From positions 37,944,001 to 38,008,000 of the forward strand of contig NC_043004.1 of NCBI RefSeq assembly GCF_006345805.1: a stretch of 64,000 bases of DNA, in the 5' to 3' direction. This document shows, one piece after another, positions 21,080 through 33,324 of the stretch (position 1 is its first letter; each line of letters begins with the position of its first letter). A program made the translations under genes and the position numbers. This stretch comes from Octopus sinensis (Eukaryota). A model generated the notes under the pieces. It was given only the letters and a program-made list of their open reading frames with translations, was not told the DNA's origin and did no database searches.

Positions 21080-24070
21080 CTAGTTTCAGCTTATGAGCTG
21101 TGGCCATGCTGGGGCACCCCCATTTGTTGTGTTGCTACTGGTTTCACTTCATGGAGGCTTTCTAGCAACTGCTATTTGGTGCATGAGAGAGTTCGATGCA
21201 GCTGCCCTCATCTGCCCCTCCTGCCGTGAAGTTGGTTCATCTGGGACACCTGACAGGAAGAGATCCAGCTTCATTTTAAAGACATCTGTATCCACCCCAT
21301 GCAGGTTCTCTCAGGTTCTTCGGGAGGATATTGAAGAGCTGGGGCCTCGGAAGCCAGGCTATCACAGAATCTTGTCCTATCTTGATGGCAGGTTTGGAGT
21401 CCTAGGCACCACGCAGTGGCGCCCAGTTCTGGCATTTGCGTAACTCTCGATGCCAAAGTTCAGGACACTTCCCTCCAGGATCTTCCAGATGTATATTATG
21501 GCCATCTTTCCCGCTACGCTCCAGGGAATATAATTTTAATCTCTTGAGTCTTTCCCAGTAGCTTACATTCTGCATAGAGGCTATCTTCTTTGTGTAGCTT
21601 CGTTGGATCGCCTCAAGTTCTGTGATCAACTTGACATGGATGGTGACCATAGCTGAGAGCAATAGTCAAAGTGGCTTAGGACAAGTGTCTCCAGAGGACC
21701 ATCATGGTTTCTTGTTCCCTTGTTCTAAAGGTTCTAAGAATCCATCCAGCCAGCCGTCTACATTTCATTGTCAGTTTAGCAACATGTACATGAAAGGTCG
21801 CGTCATCACTCATGTGAATACCAGGTCACGCACTGATTGTGCCTTTGGGATTGCAATCCCTCCGGTCCAGTGTATTCATTGGGTATTGCATTCAGTTTTG
21901 CATGCTGATAGTATAAAGCTTGTAACTTTCCAGCATTGAACTGCATGCTATTCTTTTCAGCCCACTTGTATATTTCGTCCAGCTCACATTGCAGGGTTTA
22001 GTGTCCTCAGGTTCTGTATTGCCTGTGAAACTTTTGTATCATCTGCATAACTTGTGATCGTGGCTCTCTGCGTGGCTGAGGGCATGTCTGAGAGGGCCAT
22101 TATGAACAGTAGTGGTCCAGAACAGTGCCCTGCGGAACACCGCTCACTATTTGTGTGTTAATGGAGGTGGCCCCATTGGCTACTACCACCTGACTTCTAT
22201 CCTTCAGAAAGTCATGAAGCCATTCTCCCAGTTTTCCAACTATGTTGAGATCACGCAGTTTGTGACATATCATTCCATGATCGACTTATCAAAGGCCTTT
22301 GCAAAGTCGAGATATATCACTTCCACATTTGAGTGGTTGAGCAGCCGTTTCAGCACCCAGTCATAGTGTTGTAGGAGCTGAGTTAAACAGCTTCTCCCTG
22401 GTCGGAAACCATGTTGGGTGTCGGGCAGCAAGTCATTCTCTTCAAGGAAGGTGATCAGCTTCCTTCTGACTATTCGTTCCATGACCTTGCTGATGTGTGA
22501 GGTCAGAGAGATAGGTCTATAGTTCTTGGCTTCCGCTCTGCTACCTCCTTTATGAATGGGGCATATTTTACCTTCCTTCAGTTTTCCTGGAAGTTTGCCA
22601 GCTGCAAGGAAGCTCTGAAAGAGGAACTGCAGTGGTCTTGCTAGGACTCTCTTACATGCTTTTAGGAGGATTGCCGGGAATCCATCGGGGCCAGTAGCTG
22701 AGTCTGTTTTCATTTCATCTATAGCCTTGGTTACATCGTCTTCCTTTATATCGATGTAATCTATCGTCGCCGCCTCTGATTTTATATCTGCAGTGGTAAA
22801 AAAGTCAGTTGGATTGGTGATTGGAGATGCCCAAGGGGTGGAGTGTGAAAACACTCTTGAATTGCTCATTCAGTATTTCACTTACCCTCATTGGTTTTCC
22901 TGTAAGTGTGCCATCCTTTTCGAGGAGTGGCCCTATTCTACAGTGCACTGTAGCTGTTTCTTTGGCATACCTGTAGAAAGCTCTGGGGTTAGATTTTATG
23001 TTTTCTATAGCCCAGGCTTCTTTGTCTGCTCTTTCTTTTTCATGGGAGAGTTGCAGACATTTTTCGATTTCCAACAGTTTTATTTTTAGGCGGGACTTTT
23101 CACTGCTTTCAATCTGTTTGTTTAGGCGATTTGAAAATTTCGTACGCCGTCTCATTAAAATTTTCCTCTCTCTGGGGATTTTGTTCTTGTGTACAGTGGC
23201 CTTTCTCTCTGGGACACATTTGTAGCATATGGCTTGCATTACAGACATGAATTGTTGAAGTTTCACGTCGATGTCTGGCGAGGAGAGACATTTAGGCCAG
23301 TTTTGTTTGAGGATCTCTTTCTCAATTTGTTTCCAGTTTGCCTTATGGTAGTTCAAGCTGGAAAGATTTTGAGGGTTTCTTGTAGGCTGCATGTCCGTGC
23401 TCTCTTTTGGCCCGTACATGGTCAGCTCTATCATGTTGTGATCCGAGAGTAGTGTCGGTGTCACTTTCACATTATGGATGAGATCCATGTCATTTGTGAA
23501 GCAGAGATCCAGTGTGTTACCTGCCCTGGTTGGTTGGAGTATTACCTGCTCCATGTACAGGGTGTTGATGAGGTTCAGGAGGGACTCGCCTGTGTCCTCG
23601 TTCACCTTGTCATTCCTGGGAGAGAAAGGCCCTTGGGCCATCTGACATTGGGCAGATTGAAGTCTCCCATAAGAAGCACACCTATGTGTTGTTCTAATGT
23701 GGTTAGAATTTCTTCTATTTTTATAAGGCAGTCTTCAAACTTGCCCACATGGCTTGGGGCATCTGGAGGGCGATATGTAGCACACACAACTACATCAAGT
23801 TGCCTAATATGTACAATTAGTGTGTCACACACCGAGTTTGAGTATGACAAGAGGACCTGGGGTGTGAGGTCCTCACGGATGTACATAGCAACACCTCCAT
23901 GACTCCTTTCTTTCCTGTCGGTCCGTAGTACAGCATACTGTGGTATGTTAACTCCGCATCTGCTATGTCCGGTTTCAGGTGCGTTTCTGTAAGTGCTATG
24001 CATAAGGCTTGATTGCATGCAACAAAGTCTCTCAGGAACGGGATCTTGTCCTGTTACTGAGTGTTTGCAG
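21047..24070 (-). mobile_element. CR1-clade LINE, near-complete ORF2 (APE endonuclease plus RT) with frameshifts, 3' tail and (CAAT)n end
   Basis: EN motifs IALTETHL, TYRPP, GDFNLP, NTLDL, SDHN; RT motifs GPDG, NYRPISLTS, QHGFRPGRSCLTQL, YLDFAKAFDK, VPQGTVLGPLLF, YADDTK; C-terminus YWERLKRLKLYSLER...FKMKLDLFLSGVPDEP; stop at 21149-21151. Confidence 0.9.
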
Positions 24071-24077
24071 TATATAT

Positions 24078-24151
<74 letters not shown>

Positions 24152-24212
24152 GTACCGTTGGCGATTTTTTCCTCCGTTTTCCCTTCATTGGATCTTTCCT
24201 TTTCCTTTGTTT

Positions 24213-24244
24213 CTGACGAAGAGTTCCGCTCGAAACGTTAAATC
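24213..24244 (+). ncRNA. Hammerhead-like motif with an extra A after the core, in a PLE-type repeat
   Basis: CTGACGA-A-GAG-TTCCG-CTC-GAAA-CGT-TA with palindromic stem III AACGTT; stem I weak. Confidence 0.5.
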
Positions 24245-24364
24245 CTCCTTCTATCTTTCCTTTCCTGAGCGTCCAATGACATTATACTTGTTCCCACGTC
24301 CTCGCGTTGTTGTGTTTTCTCTTTGTATTTTCATGTTTCGATTAACTATATATATACACACACA

Positions 24365-24526
24365 ACGGGCTTTTTTCAGTTTCTATCTACCAGATCCACT
24401 CATAAGGCTTTGGTCGGTCCGAGGCTATGGCAGAAGTCACTTGTCCAAGGTGCTACGTAGTGGGAGTGAACCCGGAACCATGTGGCTGGGAAGCAAGCTT
24501 CTTACCATACAGGTACTCCTGCACCT
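24365..24526 (-). mobile_element. SINE family B, 5' half
   Basis: Reverse complement of the family B head (AGGTGCAGGAGT...GGTTCACTCCC...GGAAACTGAAA). Confidence 0.85.
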
Positions 24527-24923
24527 ATGTATTCAAATAGGTGACTACTGTACATACATAATTACATACATACTATATATACTATACATACATACATACA
24601 TACATACATACATACATACTATATATACATACATACATATATACATACATATATACTATATATATACATACATACATACATATATACATAGATACATATA
24701 TACTATATATACACACATACATACATATATACTATATATACATATATACATACATACATACATATATACTATATATACATACATACATATATACTATATA
24801 TACATACATACATACGTATATACATACATACATATATACTATATATATATATATATGTCTGTCTATATATATATGTCTGTCTATATATATGTATATATAT
24901 TTATATGTCTCTCTCCCTCTTTG

Positions 24924-24966
<43 letters not shown>

Positions 24967-25034
24967 TACACACGCACACACATATTTGCATGCATATGTC
25001 CAAATATATATGTACATACATATCTCTATGTCTA

Positions 25035-25145
<111 letters not shown>

Positions 25146-26359
25146 GTACATGCACACACATATGTACGTAAACATATATGACGTTGTTTGTGTACATATA
25201 TACGCATATAAGTGTATATATAGTGTAAACTATATATTATATACAGCCACGCACACCTATGTATTTGCGTGTGTGTGTGTGTATGGAGGGATTTTGTCGG
25301 TCGGGTTTTGGTAGGTGGGTAGTACTTGTTAATTGTTTAAACTTCTTTCTTATAACCTCTGTTAGATTTGTTGAATGTACAGACGTTAGCAATTGAAGTA
25401 AATATCTGTAAAACATCTAGTCCGGATTTTATTAATCCTCGTCAATCGTTACAAACGCCATCACTCTCGCAATAACAAGTGAACGGCAACAATAACATTA
25501 GTTCATATACTGTTTGTATTTGTGTACGCGTGTACATGTGCAAGTATGTATAAGCATGTGTTTATGTGATGTTCAACTGACATAACGTATTATTCAAAGA
25601 GCAGAGCAGAGCATTACACGCCATGCCTTGCCTGTCAAAAATTGCAAAATCGCCGATCAAGTAGTCTTTGCATTTGGATGAAAAGAATCTCGTTAATTTC
25701 TCTGCCGTCGTCCGTCAAGTGTTTGTTTGTCCTTTATTCCGTCATATTTCGCCATCAGTCGTCACATTTCGTAATTATTCGTTATGGTTCCTTATAGAAA
25801 TTTCGGTAAGAATAAATACACTCGCCTATAAAACAAAACAACAACAAACGACGACAAAGACGCCAACGACAACGACAACAACAACAACAATAACAAGATA
25901 TGCATAAAAATAATAATAAAGTACTGTAAGAAAAGTTGAAAGAGTATACTGTCGAAGAATGTTCTACCAGGTATTATCTTTTATAAGCCCTTTACTCTAT
26001 AAGAAAGCCGAATTTACGTTTGCTTATGTAAGACATCGTTGCATTGTTGTGTAGAGCGACGAATGACATGTCAACATAACGGTGAAGGGTTTTCTGTTGT
26101 CTTGTTCTCTCAATCCAAATGGCCAGTCGACAGCTTGTATCTTCTGTTTCACTGAATTCTTAATTTAGTAGTCAGACGCTCAGCCTAGCATGAATGCAGG
26201 TTGGTTGAGTCGGGTAAATCAATGCAGCCAAAACGTGATGAGTGAATGTATGTAACTGCGCGCGTGTATGTATATGCATGTCTGTGTATGAGTTTGAGCA
26301 CGTGTGTGTGTGTGTGTGTGTGTATGTGTATTGTATATATATTTTATATGTATTCATTG

Positions 26360-26398
<39 letters not shown>

Positions 26399-26561
26399 TT
26401 ATATATATATATATATATATACTATGTTTATGTATGTATCTTTGTATGTATGTATATATGTATATGTATCTATCTAAAATGATTACAAACGTACCCGTGT
26501 ATTTAATTTTTCCTTCTTGTTTACGGCGTTTTTTATATTCAAGTGTTTACACATACATACA

Positions 26562-26595
<34 letters not shown>

Positions 26596-26714
26596 CATAC
26601 ATACGTACATACATACATACATACGTACATACGTATATATATATATATGTATATATATGCATGTATGTGAGAATAAATATATGTGTATATATATGCATGT
26701 ATGTGTGTGTGAGA

Positions 26715-26746
<32 letters not shown>

Positions 26747-26847
26747 ATATATATATTATATATATATATATATGTATGTATATAGTATGTATATATATAT
26801 ATGTAATCTATATGTATATATATATGTATATATCTATATATATATGT

Positions 26848-26881
<34 letters not shown>

Positions 26882-27192
26882 GTATATATATATGTATATA
26901 TATATGTATATATATATATGTATATATATATGTATATATATATGTAATATATATATATATATACCCACTATATAGATATATGTATATATATATAATTTTT
27001 AAATTATATATTATTATTATTAATATAAGGAAATTAGTATCCAAACTCCTCATTAAGATATACCCGTGTGAAAATAGTTATTGTATTAAAATTATATATA
27101 TAAATAAATATAACTATATATAAAAATATATGTAAATATGTATAAGTATAAATACAATGTATAAATATATTTAATAGTTTAAGAGTTTTGAA

Positions 27193-27237
<45 letters not shown>

Positions 27238-27276
27238 ATAATATATATATATATATAATATATATTAATATATATA

Positions 27277-27307
<31 letters not shown>

Positions 27308-27309
<2 letters not shown>

Positions 27310-27564
27310 AATGAATGAATGGAGTTGAACGACGATTTAACAAAATTCCTTTATTCTCGACATATGTTTCGAAGGCTGCATATTCCTAATTTCGAAGGAA
27401 TAAGTGGTGCATTATGCCGCCTTCTCATCAGGAAAAACAAGGAACTTATGTCAGCATCAAGATGAACAAAAGCTCTTCGAAATTAGGAATATGCAGCCTT
27501 CGAAACATATGTCGAGAATAAAGGAATTTTGTTAAATCGTCGTTCAACTCCATTCTTTCATTTA
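27308..27564. repeat. 90-bp near-perfect inverted repeat with a 77-bp spacer
   Basis: 27308-27397 and 27475-27564 are reverse complements with one visible mismatch. Confidence 0.95.
27345..27445 (-). ncRNA. Type I hammerhead ribozyme with canonical core and enlarged branched stem II
   Basis: Minus strand GTTCCTTGTTTTTC-CTGATGA-GAAGGC...GCCTTC-GAAA-CATATG-TC/GAGAATAAAGGAAT; stem I pairs at 12 of 14 positions with a 2x2 internal loop; palindromic stem III ACATATGT; predicted cleavage between 27359 and 27358. Confidence 0.8.
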
Positions 27565-27761
27565 TTTGTATTAAAAAAACACACAAATTTCCACACGAAA
27601 GCACGTGATCTCTGCCCTTGGCATGTAGCTTCAAGCGTGTTTTTCTGACGTGAATTTGCTACCCAGGTATCGGTTAACCGAATTATCCATACTAAGATAA
27701 TTCATTCAACTACTCATATATATATATATATATATATATAATCTATATATATATGTGTGTG

Positions 27762-27801
<40 letters not shown>

Positions 27802-27822
27802 TGTGTGTGTGTGTTGTGTGTG

Positions 27823-27854
<32 letters not shown>

Positions 27855-27856
<2 letters not shown>

Positions 27857-28350
27857 TGTATAACATAACACAGATGCATGAGATGGAGTACATGCAGTCT
27901 TTGGTCATATTCTCTTCTATTGGTGGTTTTACTGGAAGAAGATATTTGCGAAATGGTGTATTACTCTTGAATACTATCCTGATGTCATATGGGCCGCATA
28001 TCTTTTGTATCTTTTCGGAGAGGCGTTTTCATACAGGGTAGACTGACTGTGGACAGTTTATCGGTTTCATCCTCTTTTTTCTTCACAATTGGAGTAAATA
28101 TTATGATTTTGGGGTAGTTTTTGCTTAATAGATTGTTACTTAGCTTAATCATTTCTTCTTGGTGGGTATCATGATCGCTATTTATATTCTTTGCACGATG
28201 TTTTAGGCACTGAGCAATCCTTCTCTTTATACTGTATGGATGGTAAGAATTTAAGTTGAGGTATTGTTCAGTGAAGGTCGGCTTGTGGTATACGGATGTC
28301 CTGAATCCATACTTGGTTCGTGTTATTAATACGTCCACAAAATAAGGGCC
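27855..28350 (-). mobile_element. Penelope-like element remnant, RT thumb/linker and start of GIY-YIG
   Basis: FVDVLITRTKYGFRTSVYHKPTFTEQYLNLNSYHPYSIKR... then STVSLP and KDCMYSISC, typical of PLE (YRKPT...HP; CVYSIPC). Confidence 0.8.
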
Positions 28351-28447
28351 GACGAACAGCACAAAGCTGTGACACGAGGAGATACTGATAAATCGGGTAT
28401 AGTTAGTCATGTATGGAAAATCGGAGACCCCCCACCTGTGGGATTAA

Positions 28448-28901
28448 GTTAAAATAATAGACAGAGAACATCACTGGAAAATACGAAAACTAAAAGAAGC
28501 AGTACATATGCTAGGACACAACAACCTCCTAAGCAAACCGAGTGCAGATATAAGCAGCATATGGGAACCGGTATTAAGGAAGGATTGAAAAATATTAAAT
28601 TGATAAGCCCTAAAATTCACTCCATAATTGCCCACGGGCATATGGCTACTAACCCCAACATTCCGAGTTCGATTCCAAGCAGTGACCTGAATAATAATAA
28701 TAAAATAATATCGAATGGGAACCCAGGTTCCCCAAGACACCTGATGGAGGATGGAGGGTATCTATCCTTCCGTAGTACCGGTTCCCATATGACACTCATA
28801 TCTGTACTCGGTCTGCTTAGAAGGTTGTTGTGTCCTAGCATATGTACTGCTTCTTTTAGTTTTCGGATTTTCCAGTGATGTTCTCTGTCTATTATTTTAA
28901 C
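28448..28901. mobile_element. Inverted duplication (138-bp arms) of a PLE GIY-YIG C-terminus with a short tRNA-like SINE in the spacer
   Basis: Arms 28448-28585 and 28764-28901 encode KIIDREHHWKIRKLKEAVHMLGHNNLLS.PS...WEPVLRKD; the spacer has CCGAGTTCGATTCC plus an (AAT)n tail at about 28640-28710. Confidence 0.8.
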
Positions 28902-29107
28902 GTTGTGTTAACGACTGATATCCGTCAAATATAAATAATCTAAATAATGTAATCTTGCGGGTGTCTACCAAGTTATTTGCCAGACGTCTGAGCATCGATG
29001 TGTCCAACCCAGATCACGTTCACTAGCAGATACGCGTGTATGTGTGTGTGCATGTATACGTTTATATGAGTATATATATTCATATGTACATGTATGTGCA
29101 CATATGT

Positions 29108-29222
<115 letters not shown>

Positions 29223-29245
29223 TTATGTATATATATATTTATGTG

Positions 29246-29280
<35 letters not shown>

Positions 29281-29405
29281 TTATGTATGTATAAATATAT
29301 ATGTGTATATGTATGCGTGTGTATACATATATTCATTTATATCTAGATATACATATGTACATGTATGTGTGCGTGAGCATATACATGCAGATATGCTTAT
29401 GTATG

Positions 29406-29437
<32 letters not shown>

Positions 29438-29605
29438 TGTATGTATGTATGTATGTATGTATTTACACACCCTCTAATCATTTTGTCAATGATTAACGAT
29501 GTAAAAGGAAGCTCAAAAACAAATTCTCTTGAAATGTGATACTACATTGAACTGTAAAGAAAAGAAAAGTATACAAAGAACCTGGGTGGGGAAGGTCAAA
29601 CACAC

Positions 29606-29649
<44 letters not shown>

Positions 29650-30033
29650 ACACATACAGACTCAGTTACCCATATAACGTTAGGGGTGGGCAGCGTTTCT
29701 TATGAGATAAAACAGCACGACTAACCTGCTTTAACTAGTTTATTATTCTTTTCAAAAGACATCATATTTTTAGCTCAGGAAAGTTTCGCAAGCTATTAGT
29801 AGTATATTTAGATGGATGACTTCAGATAAATGGACATGTAAATAAGAGTGACGATTGAATAGAGGGGGGTGAAAAGTGCAGTGAGTTGGCGGTGGTGGTG
29901 GTGGGGTGGGGGAGAGGGATATATGGGTGTAAAAGAGAAAGAAAGAGAGAATGAGTGAATTTGAATTCAGGAGAGTGGCGAATGATTTGAACACCAGCGC
30001 ACACAATACATAGAAATATACATGTGTACATTC

Positions 30034-30079
<46 letters not shown>

Positions 30080-30151
30080 CACACACACACACACACGCAC
30101 ACACACAAACACGCGCACACACACACAAACATACACACACATCATTTAGCT

Positions 30152-30326
30152 TTTTTCTTCTTATTTGTTTTACCCACCAGACCGCGGCCATGCCGGGGCA
30201 CCACCTTCAAATATTTTTAGTCAAATAAATCGACCCCAGTTCTTTTTCTTCTTTTTTTTGTTACTGGGACGTAAACACACCAACACCGGTTGTCATGCAG
30301 TGGTAGTGGTGGGGACAGACACAAAG

Positions 30327-30360
<34 letters not shown>

Positions 30361-30563
30361 GCGCGCACACACACACGCACACACACGCATATACATATAC
30401 CACGGGTTTCTTTCAGTTTCCGGCTACCTAATTCACTCACAAAGCTTTGATTGGCTCGAGGCTATAGCAGAAGACACTTGTCCAAGATGCTGCACGGTGA
30501 GACTGAACCCAGAAACATGTGGTTGGGAAGCAAATTTCTTACCATACACCCATGCATGCACCT
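30152..30563 (-). mobile_element. SINE family B copy
   Basis: Head, internal CA tract and tail are all present in reverse orientation. Confidence 0.85.
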
Positions 30564-30689
30564 ATAGCTATATTAGTGTTTGTTTTTATGTTAAGCTATA
30601 ATAAAGCCAATTTCGCATTAAACTGATATTACTCAATACTTTTTGTAAAGCACTAATTTATTATCCTTTAATTAGTATAGTATTGACTG

Positions 30690-30730
30690 ACAGGGACTTC
30701 AAAGTTTCGGTCATTTAGGCCATCATCAGA
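30690..30730 (-). ncRNA. Decayed hammerhead-like motif, same type as 19950-19977
   Basis: Minus strand CTGATGA-T-GGCCTAAATGACC-GAAA-CTTTGAAG-TC; stem I not evident. Confidence 0.4.
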
Positions 30731-30963
30731 AATTTGGGGATAGGGGTTAGTCGAGTATATTGACTCCTGTACTTCACTCCTGAAGAAATCTCATTTTAGT
30801 GGAATTTAGTCCGTAAAAAGCAGAAGTAAAATCTACGAGTCTCTAGCGATGCATCCTAGCCACATAACCTCACTATGACAATAGCAATAGCAACAGCAAC
30901 GGTGGTGTCTAACGGTTAGAAAATGTTATTCATTTTAGCGGGGCTATCACTGATTGTTTAGAC

Positions 30964-31167
30964 CAGTGGTTTTCAACCAGGGTTCCGCCAGCACAGTCCA
31001 GGGGTTCCGCAAGAAGTTACAAAACTGCTAAAAAAATCGGCAGTAATTTTTAATTCTCCTGTGCAGATATGTGTGCATAAGACTATTAAATTATTGTACA
31101 GGGGTTCCTCGAGCCTGTGGAATGTTTCCTTGGGGTTCCGCTCCAGCAAAAAGGTTGAAAAGCACTG
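30964..31167. mobile_element. hAT (Charlie-like) MITE
   Basis: TIRs CAGTGGTTTTCAACC / GGTTGAAAAGCACTG; degenerate 8-bp TSD GTTTAGAC / GTATAGAT; subterminal GGGTTCC repeats. Confidence 0.8.
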
Positions 31168-31478
31168 GTATAGATCAAGTAGCAACTGGTCTGTACATCG
31201 TTTTTTTGATCGTTCCCACTTCCGATGATTGAAACAGCAAGGTGAAAGTCGGTGGAATTTTGAAGCATTACATTGATGGCAGACTTACAGACCTCACCCT
31301 ATGTATGTATGTATGTATGTATGTATGTATGTGCTTGTATGAGTGTGTATATATCTCTCTATATATATTCACATATACGTAGATATTTATATGTATATAG
31401 TATATGTTTGTTTATTTACAACACGTTTTTTAAAATTATATATATAAGAGACCAAAGTGTACGTACGCCGCTATATAT

Positions 31479-31546
<68 letters not shown>

Positions 31547-31591
31547 ATATTATATATATATTATATATATATATATATAATATATATATAA

Positions 31592-31841
31592 AATACAAAA
31601 TGGGACGAGAACGCAAAACATCCGGACAGTTAGGGTATACAAAAGTGGGACGACAAAACATCCAGATAGACGATACAAGAAAACAAGGACGGGTCATTCG
31701 ATGTTTTCTTTCCTCAGTCGAATATCCAGCCGAAATTGCGAAGATAATCTGGTACTCGACTGAGGAAAGAAAACTTCGAATGACCCGTCCTTGTTTTCTT
31801 TGTATCGTCTATCTGGATGTTTTGTTGTCCCATTTTGTATA
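31592..31841. repeat. Dispersed repeat with 86-bp inverted arms (PLE-associated family)
   Basis: Arms 31636-31721 and 31756-31841; the same sequence occurs at about 58905-59000 and 59560-59740, upstream of a GIY-YIG remnant. Confidence 0.8.
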
Positions 31842-32859
31842 TATATATATATAGGTATGTCAAATTTTCTGTTTGTTTTCTTTTTATTTAATCCTGAATA
31901 CACACACACACGCACACATATATATAGATAGATAGATTCATACTCACACATACACACATACGCACACACATACAAGCACAAACATCCACAAACACATATG
32001 CACGCACACATATATAGATACACACACACACATATATAAATACATGCATATATATATATACATATGCATTTATAAGTATCTATCTATCTATCTATCTTTC
32101 TGTGTGTGTGTGACTCTGTCTATATAATGATATATACGTGCGTTAAGAATAATAATAAATATTTATTTATAAGTAATTTATGTTTGTGTGATACATAAAT
32201 AACATGTGTTTATATGCCTGTCTGCTGCATATATTTGATATTCTGTGAATGTCTGCGTGTGTAGGTGTAATCTTTGGAATGGGAATTTAAATATATATGT
32301 GTGAGTTTGCTGAGAAATGTCATTCGTGTGACGTGACCTCATGACTTTCGGTAGTGACATTGCAGTTTCCATTGTAAAAAAAACATGTATATAAAAATGT
32401 TTAATGAGCTAGGGATAAATAAAAACAAATCAATAAAGAGAGGAATAAAGTGAAAGAGAGAGGACGAGACGTACAGTTTGCTTATGTATGTGTGTATGTG
32501 TGCGTGTGAATAAAGAAGAGACGAATGGTAGATTTGAAGCATGGAGAGAAAGAAGGAGAGAAAACAGAGAGAGAGAGAGAGAGAGAGATTGAGAGAGAAA
32601 GAAAGAAAGAAAGAGAGAGTGAGAGAGAGAGAAAGAAATAGAGAGAGAAAGAGAGAAAGAAATATAGAGAGATAGAGAGATAGAGTATGTTCTTGTGAGT
32701 GTGCATGCGTTGTGAGTTTCATGAGATGTAGAAAAGCAACCATTACCAAATGAAAAGCAAACATCATTATAGGCGCGACTGTGTAGGAAGAAGTTTGCTT
32801 CCAACCACATGGTTCCGAGTTCAGTCTCACTGTATTAAAACCTTTTTACATACAAAATT

Positions 32860-33300
32860 TAGAGGATTGACCACTAAAAGTGGATAGCCTGTATGCTAGA
32901 TATAGACGTCAAAATCTACCATTAGGTCTCCCACTGGTTGGCTCTGTTTGAAGAATCCGTTTTGCAATTTTTTTCCCCGCGACCTTCTAAGCACACGTCT
33001 ATAGTTCCGGAGCTGTTACCTCTCAATGCAGAGACTCCCTGATCTCCGACTTACGCACCCTGTCGAGTCCCTTATCCCAGAGATCTTTCGAAGGAACCCT
33101 ATTTCAGTCAATTACATTGGCCATCGTGCTATGTTTTTCGTTACCCAACATTCGTGAGAATAAGTGAGGATAGGCACGAAAATCAAATTGGAGATAGCAA
33201 ATTTGGCGTTTTTACCAACCTCTCCTCTCCTGAGAAACAAATGCTGGAGCTCGCGAATTAGTGTTCCAGTAACTGCATTTCAAACATCCAATCCAACCGC
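32860..33300 (-). mobile_element. RTE-clade LINE C-terminal remnant
   Basis: Minus translation AKFAISNLIFVPILTYSHECWV...TEIGFLRKISGI...QLR...KRILQTEPTSGRPNGR. Confidence 0.75.
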
Positions 33301-33324
33301 CTGATACATATCCCTCTTGATTGT

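Noticed and set aside
31756-31800. CTGAGGA...GAATGACCCGTC as a hammerhead
   Set aside because: GAAA is GAAT in all three copies, stem II is poorly formed and there is no stem I complementarity.
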